Origin: Minisyncoccota bacterium
Lineage (GTDB): Bacteria > Patescibacteriota > Minisyncoccia > Phycocordibacterales > Phycocordibacteraceae
DNA: 64,000 nt
Direction of reading: 5' to 3'
Assembly: GCA_036405415.1 (NCBI GenBank)
Contig: DASWXP010000002.1
Location: 125,862-189,861, forward strand
Shown here: in pieces, positions 8,648-18,070 of the stretch
Numbering within the stretch: position 1 is the stretch's first letter
Layout of the letters: each line of letters opens with the position of its first letter
Program-made: the position numbers and the translations under genes
The notes under the pieces: generated by a model
The model's input: the letters and a program-made list of their open reading frames with translations, nothing else
What the model was told of the DNA's origin: nothing
Database searches by the model: none

Positions 8648-9898
8648 CTATTTCAAAGCCAGGATAACAGCATCCCGCTTCCCTTTCTTAAGCAGGGCAA
8701 GGCCTCCTAAGAAGTCGCTCTCAGCAAGCTTCTGGTCTACCGAATCAACCGTCTGGCCGTTCAGGCTCACGCCCTTGCCTTCAAGCAGACGTCTCGCGTC
8801 TCCCTTCGAGCTTGCGAGCGAAGAGGTGGCAAGCACATCGAGCACCGAGAGTCCTCCGGCAATATCCTTGCGCAAAACCGGAAGGGACGGCGCCTCCTTG
8901 AGGAGCGTTGCCCGCGCTCCCGCAGAGAGATTTCCGAGCGGCTCCTTTCCAAAGAGGGCTTCCGAGGCCGCTTCGGCATTCTTTGCGCTGTCTGCGCCGT
9001 GCACGATGCCGGTAACCTCGCAGGCGAGCGTCTGCTGCGCCCTACGCGCACCAGGATTCTTTCCGTGCTCCTCCATGAGCGTATCGATCGCAGAGACCTC
9101 GAGGAAGGTGAACATCTTGAGGTACTTCCCGACCATCTCGTCCGGCTGGTTGAGCCAGAACTGGTAGAAGGCGAACGGCGAGGTCTTCTGAGCGTCGAGC
9201 CAAACCGCGTTTCCTTCTGACTTCCCGAACTTCTTGCCGGTTGCGTCCGTTACAAGCGGGGTCGTAAGAGCGAACGCTTCCTTCCCTTCCTTGCGACGGA
9301 TGAGCTCCACGCCGGAGAGAATGTTCGTCCACTGGTCGCTTGCGCCGATCTGAAGGTCGACGCCCTTTTCCCGGTTGAGCACGAGGAAGTCGTATCCCTG
9401 AAGTAAAGAGTATGCGAACTCGGTGTACGAGATCGACTCGTCCGGAGTCTCGAGCCTCCTCTTGATGATGTCGCGCTTCACGAGCTCGTTCACCGTAAAG
9501 TGCTTCCCGATATCCCGGAGGAAGTCCACGAGCTTCACTTTGAGGAGCCAGTCCGCGTTATCGACGACGGTTACCCTCGCCCCCACGATGCGCTGCATCT
9601 GTGCCTTGAGCGCTCTCTTGTTACGCTCTACGATCTTTGTATCTGCCAATACGCGCTCGCCGCTTTCGCGTGGGTCGCCGATCATGCCGGTACCGCCGCC
9701 GACGAGAAGCACGATCTTGTGTCCTGCATCAGCAAGGCGCTTCATGGTGAGGACTACGAGCAGGTTCCCGGCGTGCATGGAGTCTGCGGACGGATCCACG
9801 CCGAGATACACAGTGCGCTTCTTTGAGAGCACCTCATCAATAGGAGCAGATACGTGCTCCACGAGGCCGCGGGCCTTCAGTTCTTCAGCCAGATTCAT
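8648..9898 (-). CDS. tyrS: Tyrosine--tRNA ligase
   Basis: 416 aa. N-terminus has GVDPSADSMHAGNLLVVL (HIGH-type), KFGKSEGN (KMSKS-type) and a C-terminal S4-like domain. TATACT lies 6 nt upstream of the ATG. Confidence 0.9.
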   Translation of the reverse strand: MNLAEELKARGLVEHVSAPIDEVLSKKRTVYLGVDPSADSMHAGNLLVVLTMKRLADAGHKIVLLVGGGTGMIGDPRESGERVLADTKIVERNKRALKAQMQRIVGARVTVVDNADWLLKVKLVDFLRDIGKHFTVNELVKRDIIKRRLETPDESISYTEFAYSLLQGYDFLVLNREKGVDLQIGASDQWTNILSGVELIRRKEGKEAFALTTPLVTDATGKKFGKSEGNAVWLDAQKTSPFAFYQFWLNQPDEMVGKYLKMFTFLEVSAIDTLMEEHGKNPGARRAQQTLACEVTGIVHGADSAKNAEAASEALFGKEPLGNLSAGARATLLKEAPSLPVLRKDIAGGLSVLDVLATSSLASSKGDARRLLEGKGVSLNGQTVDSVDQKLAESDFLGGLALLKKGKRDAVILALK

Positions 9899-9904
9899 GA
9901 AGCG

Positions 9905-9910
9905 AGTATA
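9905..9910 (-). promoter_or_regulatory. Putative -10 TATACT 6 nt upstream of the tyrS ATG (leaderless-type)
   Basis: Minus strand reads TATACT-cgcttc-ATG. Confidence 0.4.
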
Positions 9911-9916
9911 CCAGGC

Positions 9917-11560
9917 CTATGCCGGCAACTCGACCACGAACCGCGAACCCTTCCCTTCGCCCTCAGACTCTGCCCATACCTTGCCGCCGTGCGCCTCGAT
10001 TATGTTCTTCACGATATAGAGGCCGAATCCGGTCGATTCGACGTTCACCTTAGCTGAGTTCGCGCCATGACCTCCTTCAGTAAAGAGACGTGCCATGTCT
10101 TCCTTCGTGATACCTACGCCCGTGTCCTCAACCGTGAATCGGACCATCTTTCCTTCCTGTCTGAGCTTTACGCGGACTTCTCCGTTAGGCGTGTACTTGA
10201 TCGAGTTGTCAATAAGGTTCTTGAACGCGTTCACGAGCTGTGCGCGGTCGCCTGGGTACATGAGCGGCTCGGTACCCGTATCAACTGCAAGCGCAAGCTT
10301 CTTTGATTCTGCATTACCCTTCAGGTCACGTGCTATCTCGTCGATAAGTGCCTTGAGATCAAACGGCTCCTTCTTGTATTCCACCTTGCCGCTCTTGATG
10401 TTCGCCGCATTAAGGATTTCCTGAATCGTATTCACGCCCTTGGTGTCTGACCTAAAACCTTCCTCAATCATGGGTCGCATGGTGTCCGGAACGGGACCAA
10501 AGTCGCCATCAAGCACCATGGAAAAAATGTTCCTCGACTTGGTAACGAAGCCCTTGATTTGGTGGGTTATGAAATGGATAAGAGTCACCTGCTGACGATT
10601 TGACACCTGCAACTCCCTAGCAAGCTGCTCGATCTCCTTACGCTGCTGGATTTCGTGCTTAAAACTCTGAAGCAATATGTATCCGAGAATTGCGAGGAAG
10701 ACGAGGGTTGCTGCAACAATCCAGCGAACGACAGAGATGTTTTGAATGAAAAGAATGCTAAAGACTGCAAGCCACAAGCCAATAACAAGCACCTGAGCAG
10801 CCATTATTTGGCTTTTGCCAAGGAATCTGGCTTGGATAACGAAGTATGAGAGCGCGCCAATAGAAATCGGAATAACAAACAAGCCGTACTGGCCAATAGC
10901 CCAGTCCTCCGAGAAGCTACCGACAATATTGCCTGAAGCAAAGCCAAGGAGCAGCACGAGTGTAGATCCCACTACCAACAAGGACTGTGCGCGTTTTGTC
11001 GCGAGCTGTTTATTAGTCCAAGCCCTGAACCCAATCATCACGATCCAGAACACATACAGGATTTCGATGAGATAGTTGTAGTACGGAAGGGGGCCTTCGA
11101 TAACCTCGCGATCGCAGTTGGTGAGATTGAACCCAAGTATATTCCAGTGCGTGCCTGTAAGGCCAACGGTTGGCAACAGCGGGAGCACGATCAAGAGCTT
11201 CGTGCGCCAATGCACGTCCTTACCACTCACGAAAACCATCGTGAAATAGACGAAACCCGCATACACTATTGGCTCGATCATGTTCACGAGCGACCACGCG
11301 AACACAACCATTCTCCGGCTGTCAGTTGCCCAAAGAACAAGATCGAGCAATAGCCAGGTGCTCAGCACAAGCGCTATGAATAAAAGGATTCGGTTGAGGA
11401 GAGACTTTCGGTTTGAAAAGTAAATATAGAATCCGAGAATGAGCGAAACCAGCACCGGTGTCAGGTGCGAGTAGTAAATAAGAGGAGAGAAAACATTTTC
11501 TGAGAAGAACACGAGCGGGCTTGATCCCCATTCGCACGCCGCGATGAGTTCATCGATCAT
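9917..11560 (-). CDS. Sensor histidine kinase with a polytopic N-terminal membrane domain
   Basis: 547 aa. About 8 TM helices, a coiled-coil linker, an H-box region, then HATPase_c motifs (NLIDNSIKYTP... DTGVGI... GFGLYIV). The ATG overlaps the stop of the upstream 59-aa ORF (ATGA). Confidence 0.8.
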   Translation of the reverse strand: MIDELIAACEWGSSPLVFFSENVFSPLIYYSHLTPVLVSLILGFYIYFSNRKSLLNRILLFIALVLSTWLLLDLVLWATDSRRMVVFAWSLVNMIEPIVYAGFVYFTMVFVSGKDVHWRTKLLIVLPLLPTVGLTGTHWNILGFNLTNCDREVIEGPLPYYNYLIEILYVFWIVMIGFRAWTNKQLATKRAQSLLVVGSTLVLLLGFASGNIVGSFSEDWAIGQYGLFVIPISIGALSYFVIQARFLGKSQIMAAQVLVIGLWLAVFSILFIQNISVVRWIVAATLVFLAILGYILLQSFKHEIQQRKEIEQLARELQVSNRQQVTLIHFITHQIKGFVTKSRNIFSMVLDGDFGPVPDTMRPMIEEGFRSDTKGVNTIQEILNAANIKSGKVEYKKEPFDLKALIDEIARDLKGNAESKKLALAVDTGTEPLMYPGDRAQLVNAFKNLIDNSIKYTPNGEVRVKLRQEGKMVRFTVEDTGVGITKEDMARLFTEGGHGANSAKVNVESTGFGLYIVKNIIEAHGGKVWAESEGEGKGSRFVVELPA

Positions 11561-11736
11561 AGGTACTCTGAGAACATAGGAAACTCGCGTTCAATCGACT
11601 CACCAATCTCTTCCTCGGTCGTGAAGGTGGGAAAATTACGCGACAGGAAAGCATTCCAGTAAGTGTACGCCGTCACAACGAGCACAAGGAGGCACAAAAG
11701 TACGAACGGATCCAGAACTTCCTTAATTCCCTTCAT
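11557..11736 (-). CDS. Small membrane protein (59 aa), hypothetical
   Basis: ATG at 11736 gives MKGIKEVLDPFVLLCLLVLVVTAYTYW... (one TM helix plus an acidic tail). Sits between the SET gene stop (11723) and the HK start (11560) with overlaps at both ends. Confidence 0.4.
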   Translation of the reverse strand: MKGIKEVLDPFVLLCLLVLVVTAYTYWNAFLSRNFPTFTTEEEIGESIEREFPMFSEYL

Positions 11737-12229
11737 GTTTTGATAATACCTCACGCTCGTACACTTTCTGGAAGTACTTCGGGATAAAAGGGAGATACTC
11801 CCGATAGGTCTTTTCAGGAAGCGTTTGGATTGGGCCAATGAACTTGCGGAAAGCTGGCGACTCAGGCTCCTCAGTTTCGAAGCAGTAATCGACATCCTCC
11901 TCTGTGGTTGAATAGTCGATCGTAATCTCCTCCCCGGCCGCAATATCTCTCAAGGCATATAATCTCAACTTTCTCGAACCTTTCAGGCCGGCCGTCGGGG
12001 CGCAGGAGTGGTTAAGGTACTGAAACTCATCGATCGGATCGATCCAAGTATTCTTTCCGATTCCAATCCAATCTCCGTAGCGGTTGCTTTGTCCGTAGAT
12101 GGTCGGTTCGTAATATACCCGGGATCCCCGCAGCTCAGCGATAAACTGGCCACGCTTAAGCGCCTGGCGAGTGAAAACCCCGTAACCGTGTATTGGGCTT
12201 TCTAGTACTGAGAGTAAGGCCTTTTTCAT
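11723..12229 (-). CDS. SET-domain protein (putative protein-lysine methyltransferase)
   Basis: 168 aa with SET signatures GYGVF, YLNHSCAPT (NHSC) and ITIDYS (post-SET Tyr). Confidence 0.75.
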   Translation of the reverse strand: MKKALLSVLESPIHGYGVFTRQALKRGQFIAELRGSRVYYEPTIYGQSNRYGDWIGIGKNTWIDPIDEFQYLNHSCAPTAGLKGSRKLRLYALRDIAAGEEITIDYSTTEEDVDYCFETEEPESPAFRKFIGPIQTLPEKTYREYLPFIPKYFQKVYEREVLSKHEGN

Positions 12230-12319
12230 TACTTCAAACTGTTACTACTGATTCTTGCATCCATGTGTAGGGCTTTGCAACCTTTCGCCGTGTGTACTAA
12301 AGAAAAGCGCCCCCAACCC

Positions 12320-12970
12320 TCATCGGATCAGGGGCGCTGCTGGCAGAAACCAGCGACGCACGGAAATCACTCCGACCAAGCCATGCAGAGCGCTGTTCAA
12401 GACCGGATAGATCATGAATTCGCTCTCCCAGCCCGTCTCTTGCCATGTCACATACGCGAGCGTGGCGTATGCACAGGACCAGATGAGCCACGGCAAGGGG
12501 TGCTCGCATCGAGGATCCTTAATCGCCTCGCGGATGAGCGGGCCGAATGAGACGACCGTGCTGGCGTTCGTAAGCACAAGGAACGCCAGCGCGAAGAGGT
12601 CTTTGTCCTCCTCGGTCAGCACATTCTTCGATGTCAGGACCCAGATTCCGACGTACCCCATAGTAAGCAGGACATCGGTCAGGAACGCGCCGCGATCCAT
12701 CGGATGCTCGGGCCACTTGAGGCTGCCTCGCATCAAGCACTGAACCGCGACGAAGAGGCTGAGTGTCGCGCACGTTACCGGAAGAAGAAGCATCATCCAG
12801 GTCGCGTTCCGGTCCCACTCAAGCACGGTGAGCGTTGCGGTTCCGTATGCGAACATGAACCATGTGGTCGGGTTGGGCTTCAGCTCATGCCGCAGCGATT
12901 TGCGAACATAGACGAAGTACCCCAGGGCCTGCAGGAGGCCCGACGCAATTGCAAGCATCGCAAGCGACAT
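12320..12970 (-). CDS. Hypothetical polytopic membrane protein (216 aa)
   Basis: ATG at 12970 with a canonical SD AGGAGG 6 nt upstream. About 6 hydrophobic helices. No recognised family. Confidence 0.5.
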   Translation of the reverse strand: MSLAMLAIASGLLQALGYFVYVRKSLRHELKPNPTTWFMFAYGTATLTVLEWDRNATWMMLLLPVTCATLSLFVAVQCLMRGSLKWPEHPMDRGAFLTDVLLTMGYVGIWVLTSKNVLTEEDKDLFALAFLVLTNASTVVSFGPLIREAIKDPRCEHPLPWLIWSCAYATLAYVTWQETGWESEFMIYPVLNSALHGLVGVISVRRWFLPAAPLIR

Positions 12971-13006
12971 TGCTGACCTCCTAGGTCTAAGTGATGTGAA
13001 GAACAA

Positions 13007-13023
13007 AGAGGTTCAAACCTCTA
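13007..13023. terminator. Short hairpin (agaggtt-caa-aacctct) followed by a T-rich tract downstream of lysS
   Basis: Inverted repeat plus acTTTTcT on plus and tTTgTTcTT on minus. Confidence 0.35.
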
Positions 13024-13072
13024 CTTTTCTACTATAGCACAATCCAGAATAAATGCAAGTCTTGTGTAAAAG

Positions 13073-14536
13073 CTAATCCCTAGGCCGCATTAGCGGGAAC
13101 AGCTGCGCCTCGCGCACGTCCATATTCTGAAGGAAACTGAAAAGTCGCTCTGAACAGCCAAATCCAAACGCAGGCGGCATGCCGTACTCAAGCGCTTCGA
13201 CGAACTCCATGTCTGCCATCTGCGCCTCATCGTCCCCGGCATCACGCAGCGCCTGCTGTTTCTCGAAGCGCTCGCGCTGGTCGGTAGGGTTATTGAGCTC
13301 TGAGAAGCCCTTGCCCATTTCGCTGCCGGCGAGGATAACCTGCATGCGCTCCACGACCCTGTCGTCCTTCTCGCTCCTTTTGGCGAGTGGCTCGAGGTAT
13401 ACTGGCACCCCGATAAGGAACCCCGGACCGGACACGCCCTTGCGTACCCTCTTCCAGAGAAGGTCCACGCCGCGCTCTATGTTCATGGTATCCATGTCCT
13501 TCTCGATACCTGCGTTCTTGAGCGCCGCCTTCACCTCGTCGAGTGTCGCGGTAAGCGGGTCGAGATTGTACTCCTTGCGGATGATCTCGCAGAAATCATA
13601 GATCTCCCATTCCTTCGCCAGGTCAACCTCGTGCTCGCCGATGGTGAATTTGAGCGTTCCGAAGGTCTCCTGCGCAACGTATCGATACAGATCCTGCACC
13701 ATGCGCATGCCCTCTTCATAATCGGAATATGCCTGATAGAACTCGAGCTGTGTATAGTCCTGGAGATGCTCGCGGCTCATGCCCTCATTCCTGAAAATAC
13801 GGCCTATCTCAAAGGTCTTCGGGAGACCACCCACGAGAAGTTTCTTCTGCCACAGCTCGCCTGCCGAGATGCGGAGGTACACGTCGATATCGAGCGCGTT
13901 ATGGTGCGTCACGAACGGACGCGCTTCTGCGCCTCCTGTAGTGTTCTCGAGCACCGGGGTCTCCACCTCTACGAATCCGCGCTCAAGGAAGTATGAGCGG
14001 AACGCGTTCCAGAACACGGAGCGCCTGCGCGCGGTAGCAGTGGTCTGCTCGTTGAGGAGCATGTCGAGATAGCGCTTACGGAAGCGCTCGTCCTCGTCTG
14101 AAAGCCCGTACCACTGATCCGGAACCGGAAGCAGGGTCTTTGCGAGCATCCGCCACTCGGATACCTGGATGCTTTCCTGGCCGCTCTTGGTGCGTACGAG
14201 CGACCCTGCTGCTTCGACGAAGTCTCCGTTATCAACGGCGCTCTGGAAGAGGTCGAATGCCTCTTCCCCGATCTCGTCCTTCTTAAGAAAGAGCTGAATC
14301 TTTCCGGTGCCGTCCTCGATATCGACGAACGAAGAGCCGCCATGTGTGCGGATAGCACGGATGCGCCCGTCTGCGACTATGTGCGCACCGTTCGATTCGA
14401 ACGATTCGAAATCCGCGAGTATCTGCGCTATCTCATGCGTCCGTCGCGCGCGGTTCGGATACGGATTCATGCCCCTCTCCTCGAGGAGCCTGAGCTTTCG
14501 CATGCGTTCCGCACGTATCTCATCAAGCGCTGACAT
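13073..14536 (-). CDS. lysS: Lysine--tRNA ligase (class II)
   Basis: 487 aa. N-terminal OB fold, motif 2 FEIGRIFRNEGMSREHLQDYTQLEFY, motif 3 GFGCSERL. Confidence 0.9.
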   Translation of the reverse strand: MSALDEIRAERMRKLRLLEERGMNPYPNRARRTHEIAQILADFESFESNGAHIVADGRIRAIRTHGGSSFVDIEDGTGKIQLFLKKDEIGEEAFDLFQSAVDNGDFVEAAGSLVRTKSGQESIQVSEWRMLAKTLLPVPDQWYGLSDEDERFRKRYLDMLLNEQTTATARRRSVFWNAFRSYFLERGFVEVETPVLENTTGGAEARPFVTHHNALDIDVYLRISAGELWQKKLLVGGLPKTFEIGRIFRNEGMSREHLQDYTQLEFYQAYSDYEEGMRMVQDLYRYVAQETFGTLKFTIGEHEVDLAKEWEIYDFCEIIRKEYNLDPLTATLDEVKAALKNAGIEKDMDTMNIERGVDLLWKRVRKGVSGPGFLIGVPVYLEPLAKRSEKDDRVVERMQVILAGSEMGKGFSELNNPTDQRERFEKQQALRDAGDDEAQMADMEFVEALEYGMPPAFGFGCSERLFSFLQNMDVREAQLFPLMRPRD

Positions 14537-14557
14537 ATCGAGAATATCGTAGCACGG

Positions 14558-16342
14558 CTACTCCTTGATAAAGCCGCCCGCCTGGATGCTCCAGAGCTTC
14601 TGATAGAGGCCGCCTTGCTCTAGGACGAGCTCGTCATGAGTGCCGTCTGCGACCACCTTGCCCGCCTCGATAACCACGATGCGATCCATGGTCATGATCG
14701 TGGAGAGTCGGTGCGCGATCACGATAACCGTCTTCCCTTCCATGAGCACCTTGAGCGCGTCCTGGATTAGTGCTTCGCTCTCAGAATCGAGCGCAGACGT
14801 CGCCTCGTCGAGGATGAGGATCGGTGCATTCTTAAGTATGGCGCGGGCAATCGCGACGCGCTGGCGCTCGCCTCCTGAAAGCTTCACGCCGCGTTCGCCC
14901 ACATGCGTCTCGTACTTCTCCGGAAGGCTGTCGATGAACTCGTGGCAGTGCGCTTTCTTGGCAGCCTCGATAACCTCCTCGTCGGTCGCGTCCGGCTTGC
15001 CATACCTTATGTTGTCGGCGAGCGAGCGGTGGAAGAGAATCGGCTCCTGGGGAACGAACGAGATGTTATCCCTGAGCGAATCCTGCGTAACGTCACGTAC
15101 GTCCTGGCCATCGATGCGGACGCTCCCTTCCGTGACGTCGTACATCCTGAGGAGAAGTTTTGTGACGGTTGATTTGCCGGCGCCTGACGGCCCCACGAGC
15201 GCAGTCTTCTGTCCTGCGGGTATTGAAAGGTCAAAAGCCTTGAGGACCGCACGTTCACCGGTGAACGCGAAACCAACTTTCTCCATAGTGATCTCTCCGG
15301 CGGTCACGGTAAGCGCACGGGCGTTAGGCGCATCCATAACCGAGTGCGGAGTCTCGAAGATCTCGATCATCTCATGTGCATCGGCGAACGAGCTGAACAA
15401 GCGCCGCATGGAGCTTCCGATGCCCCAGATGCGGTTCACGAGGCCTATGATGTACACCTGAATGAGCACGAAGTCTCCTACGGAAATAAGGCCGCGCTGC
15501 CACAGGAACACCGCGCCAGCCAGAAGCGCCACTTCAATGACAATCGCCATGATGCCTTGCACCGCAAGGAGCCAGGTATCAGCGTTCCAGGAGCGGATCG
15601 TCGCGTCGTACCATTTCTGAAGCGCACTTCTGAGGATGCCACGCTCGTGCGTGCTCGCCGCGAACAGGCTCACGGTCGATTGGTTGCTGATCGAATCGGA
15701 AAGCACGCCGGTCACGTTGCTCTCTTCTTTCGATCGAGCGACACGCAACGGCTGACGCCATCGTGTCATTACTATCTGGATCCATATGAAGAAAAGGGTC
15801 CACGCGAGCACTCCTACACCGAGAAGGAGGTTCCGTTGGGAGAGCACGATGACGACGCCGATGCTGAAGACGGCGGTCGAGAAGAAGCCGAATGTAAAGA
15901 TGTCGATGACCGACTCGAAAGACTGGGCGTAGCGGCTTACGCGCCTCTGCAGGGAACCCGCGAAGTTCTTCGTAAAGAAGTCGTGTGAATGACGGATCAG
16001 ATGCGCGAACGCGCGGTTATAGAGATCTACCATCACCCTCGCTTCGAAATACTGGAGCGAGATCATCTGGACCCTCCTGCCTACCCAGCCCACCAATGCC
16101 ATGCCTGCATAGAGAATGAGGATCAGGAGAAGCGCTCGTACCGCTGCATCCGAAGCATCTCCCGAAGCGATACCGTCGATGAACTGCTTGATGTAAAGCG
16201 GCGAAGCGAGCGCTGCAAGCTCGATGAGAAGGCTTCCGGCAATGATCAGCACGAAAAGCCAAGGATACTTTCTCCCTGCCTTAGCGTAATCACGCACGAC
16301 CGGCCATGCACGGCCGGACTTCTTTTCATCGTCTGCCTTCAT
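14558..16342 (-). CDS. ABC transporter, fused permease/ATP-binding exporter (MsbA-like)
   Basis: 594 aa. Six-TM N-terminal domain, Walker A GPSGAGKST, signature LSGGERQRVAIARA, Walker B ILILDEATSALD. Confidence 0.85.
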   Translation of the reverse strand: MKADDEKKSGRAWPVVRDYAKAGRKYPWLFVLIIAGSLLIELAALASPLYIKQFIDGIASGDASDAAVRALLLILILYAGMALVGWVGRRVQMISLQYFEARVMVDLYNRAFAHLIRHSHDFFTKNFAGSLQRRVSRYAQSFESVIDIFTFGFFSTAVFSIGVVIVLSQRNLLLGVGVLAWTLFFIWIQIVMTRWRQPLRVARSKEESNVTGVLSDSISNQSTVSLFAASTHERGILRSALQKWYDATIRSWNADTWLLAVQGIMAIVIEVALLAGAVFLWQRGLISVGDFVLIQVYIIGLVNRIWGIGSSMRRLFSSFADAHEMIEIFETPHSVMDAPNARALTVTAGEITMEKVGFAFTGERAVLKAFDLSIPAGQKTALVGPSGAGKSTVTKLLLRMYDVTEGSVRIDGQDVRDVTQDSLRDNISFVPQEPILFHRSLADNIRYGKPDATDEEVIEAAKKAHCHEFIDSLPEKYETHVGERGVKLSGGERQRVAIARAILKNAPILILDEATSALDSESEALIQDALKVLMEGKTVIVIAHRLSTIMTMDRIVVIEAGKVVADGTHDELVLEQGGLYQKLWSIQAGGFIKE

Positions 16343-16378
16343 GAAGGCAGAATTATACCACGGAAATCAATTGTTTCC

Positions 16379-16885
16379 TTATCGTGCCGCCACGAACACT
16401 CCGATCAAAGGCGCCACGAACCACCAGAAGAAGAACCGGTCCGGTGCGAACAGCGCGTCCAGGGACGGCGTAAGCGGGATAACGGCCGCGATATTAAGCA
16501 CATGATACCCGAGCGCGAGCACGAACCCTCCCGTCACGAGCGCGAGCACGCCGAGCGTAAGCGGATGGATGCGCATCGAGCCTGAGGTCGAGACCCTGCG
16601 CAGAAGTACGTACGGGAAGAAGGTGAACACGCCGAACAATACGATGCCGCAGACCGCGCGCGTAAGCGCAGTATCCCCTACGAGAAACTGTTCCTTGTAC
16701 GGGAATACCGTAAAGAGCGCGAAGCCCACATAGAGCGCAAGGATGATGGAAATCAGCATCGAGCGCCCGGTGCGAAGCGCGAAGAAGAAGAGGATGCCCG
16801 CGATGATGAGGAGTACGAGGAAATTCCCGATAAAGGAAACGATATCAGCGAAGCCTCCGGTTGCGAGCGAATTGAGCGCGTCCAT
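16379..16885 (-). CDS. Small polytopic membrane protein, possibly CvpA family
   Basis: 168 aa with 4-5 TM helices. Loose resemblance to CvpA N-termini; weak call. Confidence 0.35.
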   Translation of the reverse strand: MDALNSLATGGFADIVSFIGNFLVLLIIAGILFFFALRTGRSMLISIILALYVGFALFTVFPYKEQFLVGDTALTRAVCGIVLFGVFTFFPYVLLRRVSTSGSMRIHPLTLGVLALVTGGFVLALGYHVLNIAAVIPLTPSLDALFAPDRFFFWWFVAPLIGVFVAAR

Positions 16886-16933
16886 GCGTGTAGCATACCA
16901 GACAGAAGGCGCGGAACTTCCCGCGCCTGTGTC

Positions 16934-18007
16934 TTAAAGTCCCTCGCCCTGCAGCTCTTCGATCGCTTTCTTCGCTTTACCTGAGAGCTTCTTCGGAAGC
17001 GTCACGGTAAGCCGGATGAGAAGGTCGCCGGACTGGTTATCTACGGTTACGCCCTTGCCCTTCAAGCGCAGCGTCTGCTGCACTTCCTGCATCGCTGGGA
17101 TCTTCACCTCGAGCTTCGTGCCGTCCACGAGCGTCACGGAAGCCGTAGTGCCAAGGAGCGCGTCCGTAAGCTTCACCGGCATCTGCATGGAGAGGTTCAT
17201 GCCTTCCTTGCGGAATACCGGATGCGGCTTCACGTGCACTTTCACATACAGGTCTCCGGCGCTCCCGTTCTTGACCGCCTCGCCCTTCCCCGGCATGCGG
17301 ATCATCTCGCCATCATCCATGCCTGGAGGAATCACGATCGAAAGCTCCTCTTCGCGCCGCAGCACCCCGTGCCCTGCACAGGCAGCACAGCGTTCTTTCG
17401 GCACCTTGCCGGTCGCGTCACAGGCCGAACACGCTCTCGTGCTTGCGATCTGCCCGAACGGCGTATTGCGCGCTTCCCGAAGGTGCCCCTGCCCGTTGCA
17501 CTGTTTGCAGGTCTCCATCTCAGTCCCGGGCTTTGCGCCTGACCCTTCGCAGGTCTCGCAGGAAGAGACCTTCGTTATGAGCACTGAGCGGGTGCCGCCA
17601 AGGATAGACTCCTTGAACGGGACCTCGATATCAATAGAAATGTCGCGACCGCGCTTCGCGCGCGTCCTGTGCGTGCCTCCGAAAATGTCCCCGAAGCCCT
17701 CAAAGAGGTCGTTTAGGTCGAACTCGACGCCTCCTTGGCCGAACCCAGAGAATTGCGACGGGTCGAATCCGCCGAAGCCTCCTGCGCCTGGCCCGCCGCC
17801 AGCGAAGGTCTGACCGTACGAGTCGTACTCGCGGCGCTTCTTGTCGTCCCCAAGGACGCTGTACGCCTCGGTTATCTCCTTGAATTTCGCCTCATCCCCG
17901 CCCTTGTCCGGATGATGCTTCTGCGCGAGCTTGCGGAAGGCCTTCTTTACGTCGTCCTTCGTCGCCTTCTTGTCGACTCCGAGAATGTCGTAATAGTTCT
18001 TCGCCAT
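16934..18007 (-). CDS. dnaJ: Chaperone DnaJ
   Basis: J domain (YYDILGV... HHPDK), G/F-rich region, four CxxCxGxG zinc-finger repeats and a C-terminal domain. 357 aa. Confidence 0.9.
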   Translation of the reverse strand: MAKNYYDILGVDKKATKDDVKKAFRKLAQKHHPDKGGDEAKFKEITEAYSVLGDDKKRREYDSYGQTFAGGGPGAGGFGGFDPSQFSGFGQGGVEFDLNDLFEGFGDIFGGTHRTRAKRGRDISIDIEVPFKESILGGTRSVLITKVSSCETCEGSGAKPGTEMETCKQCNGQGHLREARNTPFGQIASTRACSACDATGKVPKERCAACAGHGVLRREEELSIVIPPGMDDGEMIRMPGKGEAVKNGSAGDLYVKVHVKPHPVFRKEGMNLSMQMPVKLTDALLGTTASVTLVDGTKLEVKIPAMQEVQQTLRLKGKGVTVDNQSGDLLIRLTVTLPKKLSGKAKKAIEELQGEGL

Positions 18008-18015
18008 AGGAGGAC

Positions 18016-18021
18016 ACTATA
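18016..18021 (-). promoter_or_regulatory. Putative -10 TATAGT 8 nt upstream of the dnaJ ATG (leaderless-type); no SD present
   Basis: Minus strand reads TATAGT-gtcctcct-ATG. A terminator-like hairpin (gggcggctctc...gagggccgcc plus TTTT) lies just upstream. Confidence 0.35.
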
Positions 18022-18070
18022 ACAGAAAAGGCGGCCCTCGAAAGAGAGCCGCCCGTTTCGTCGTCTTGCG

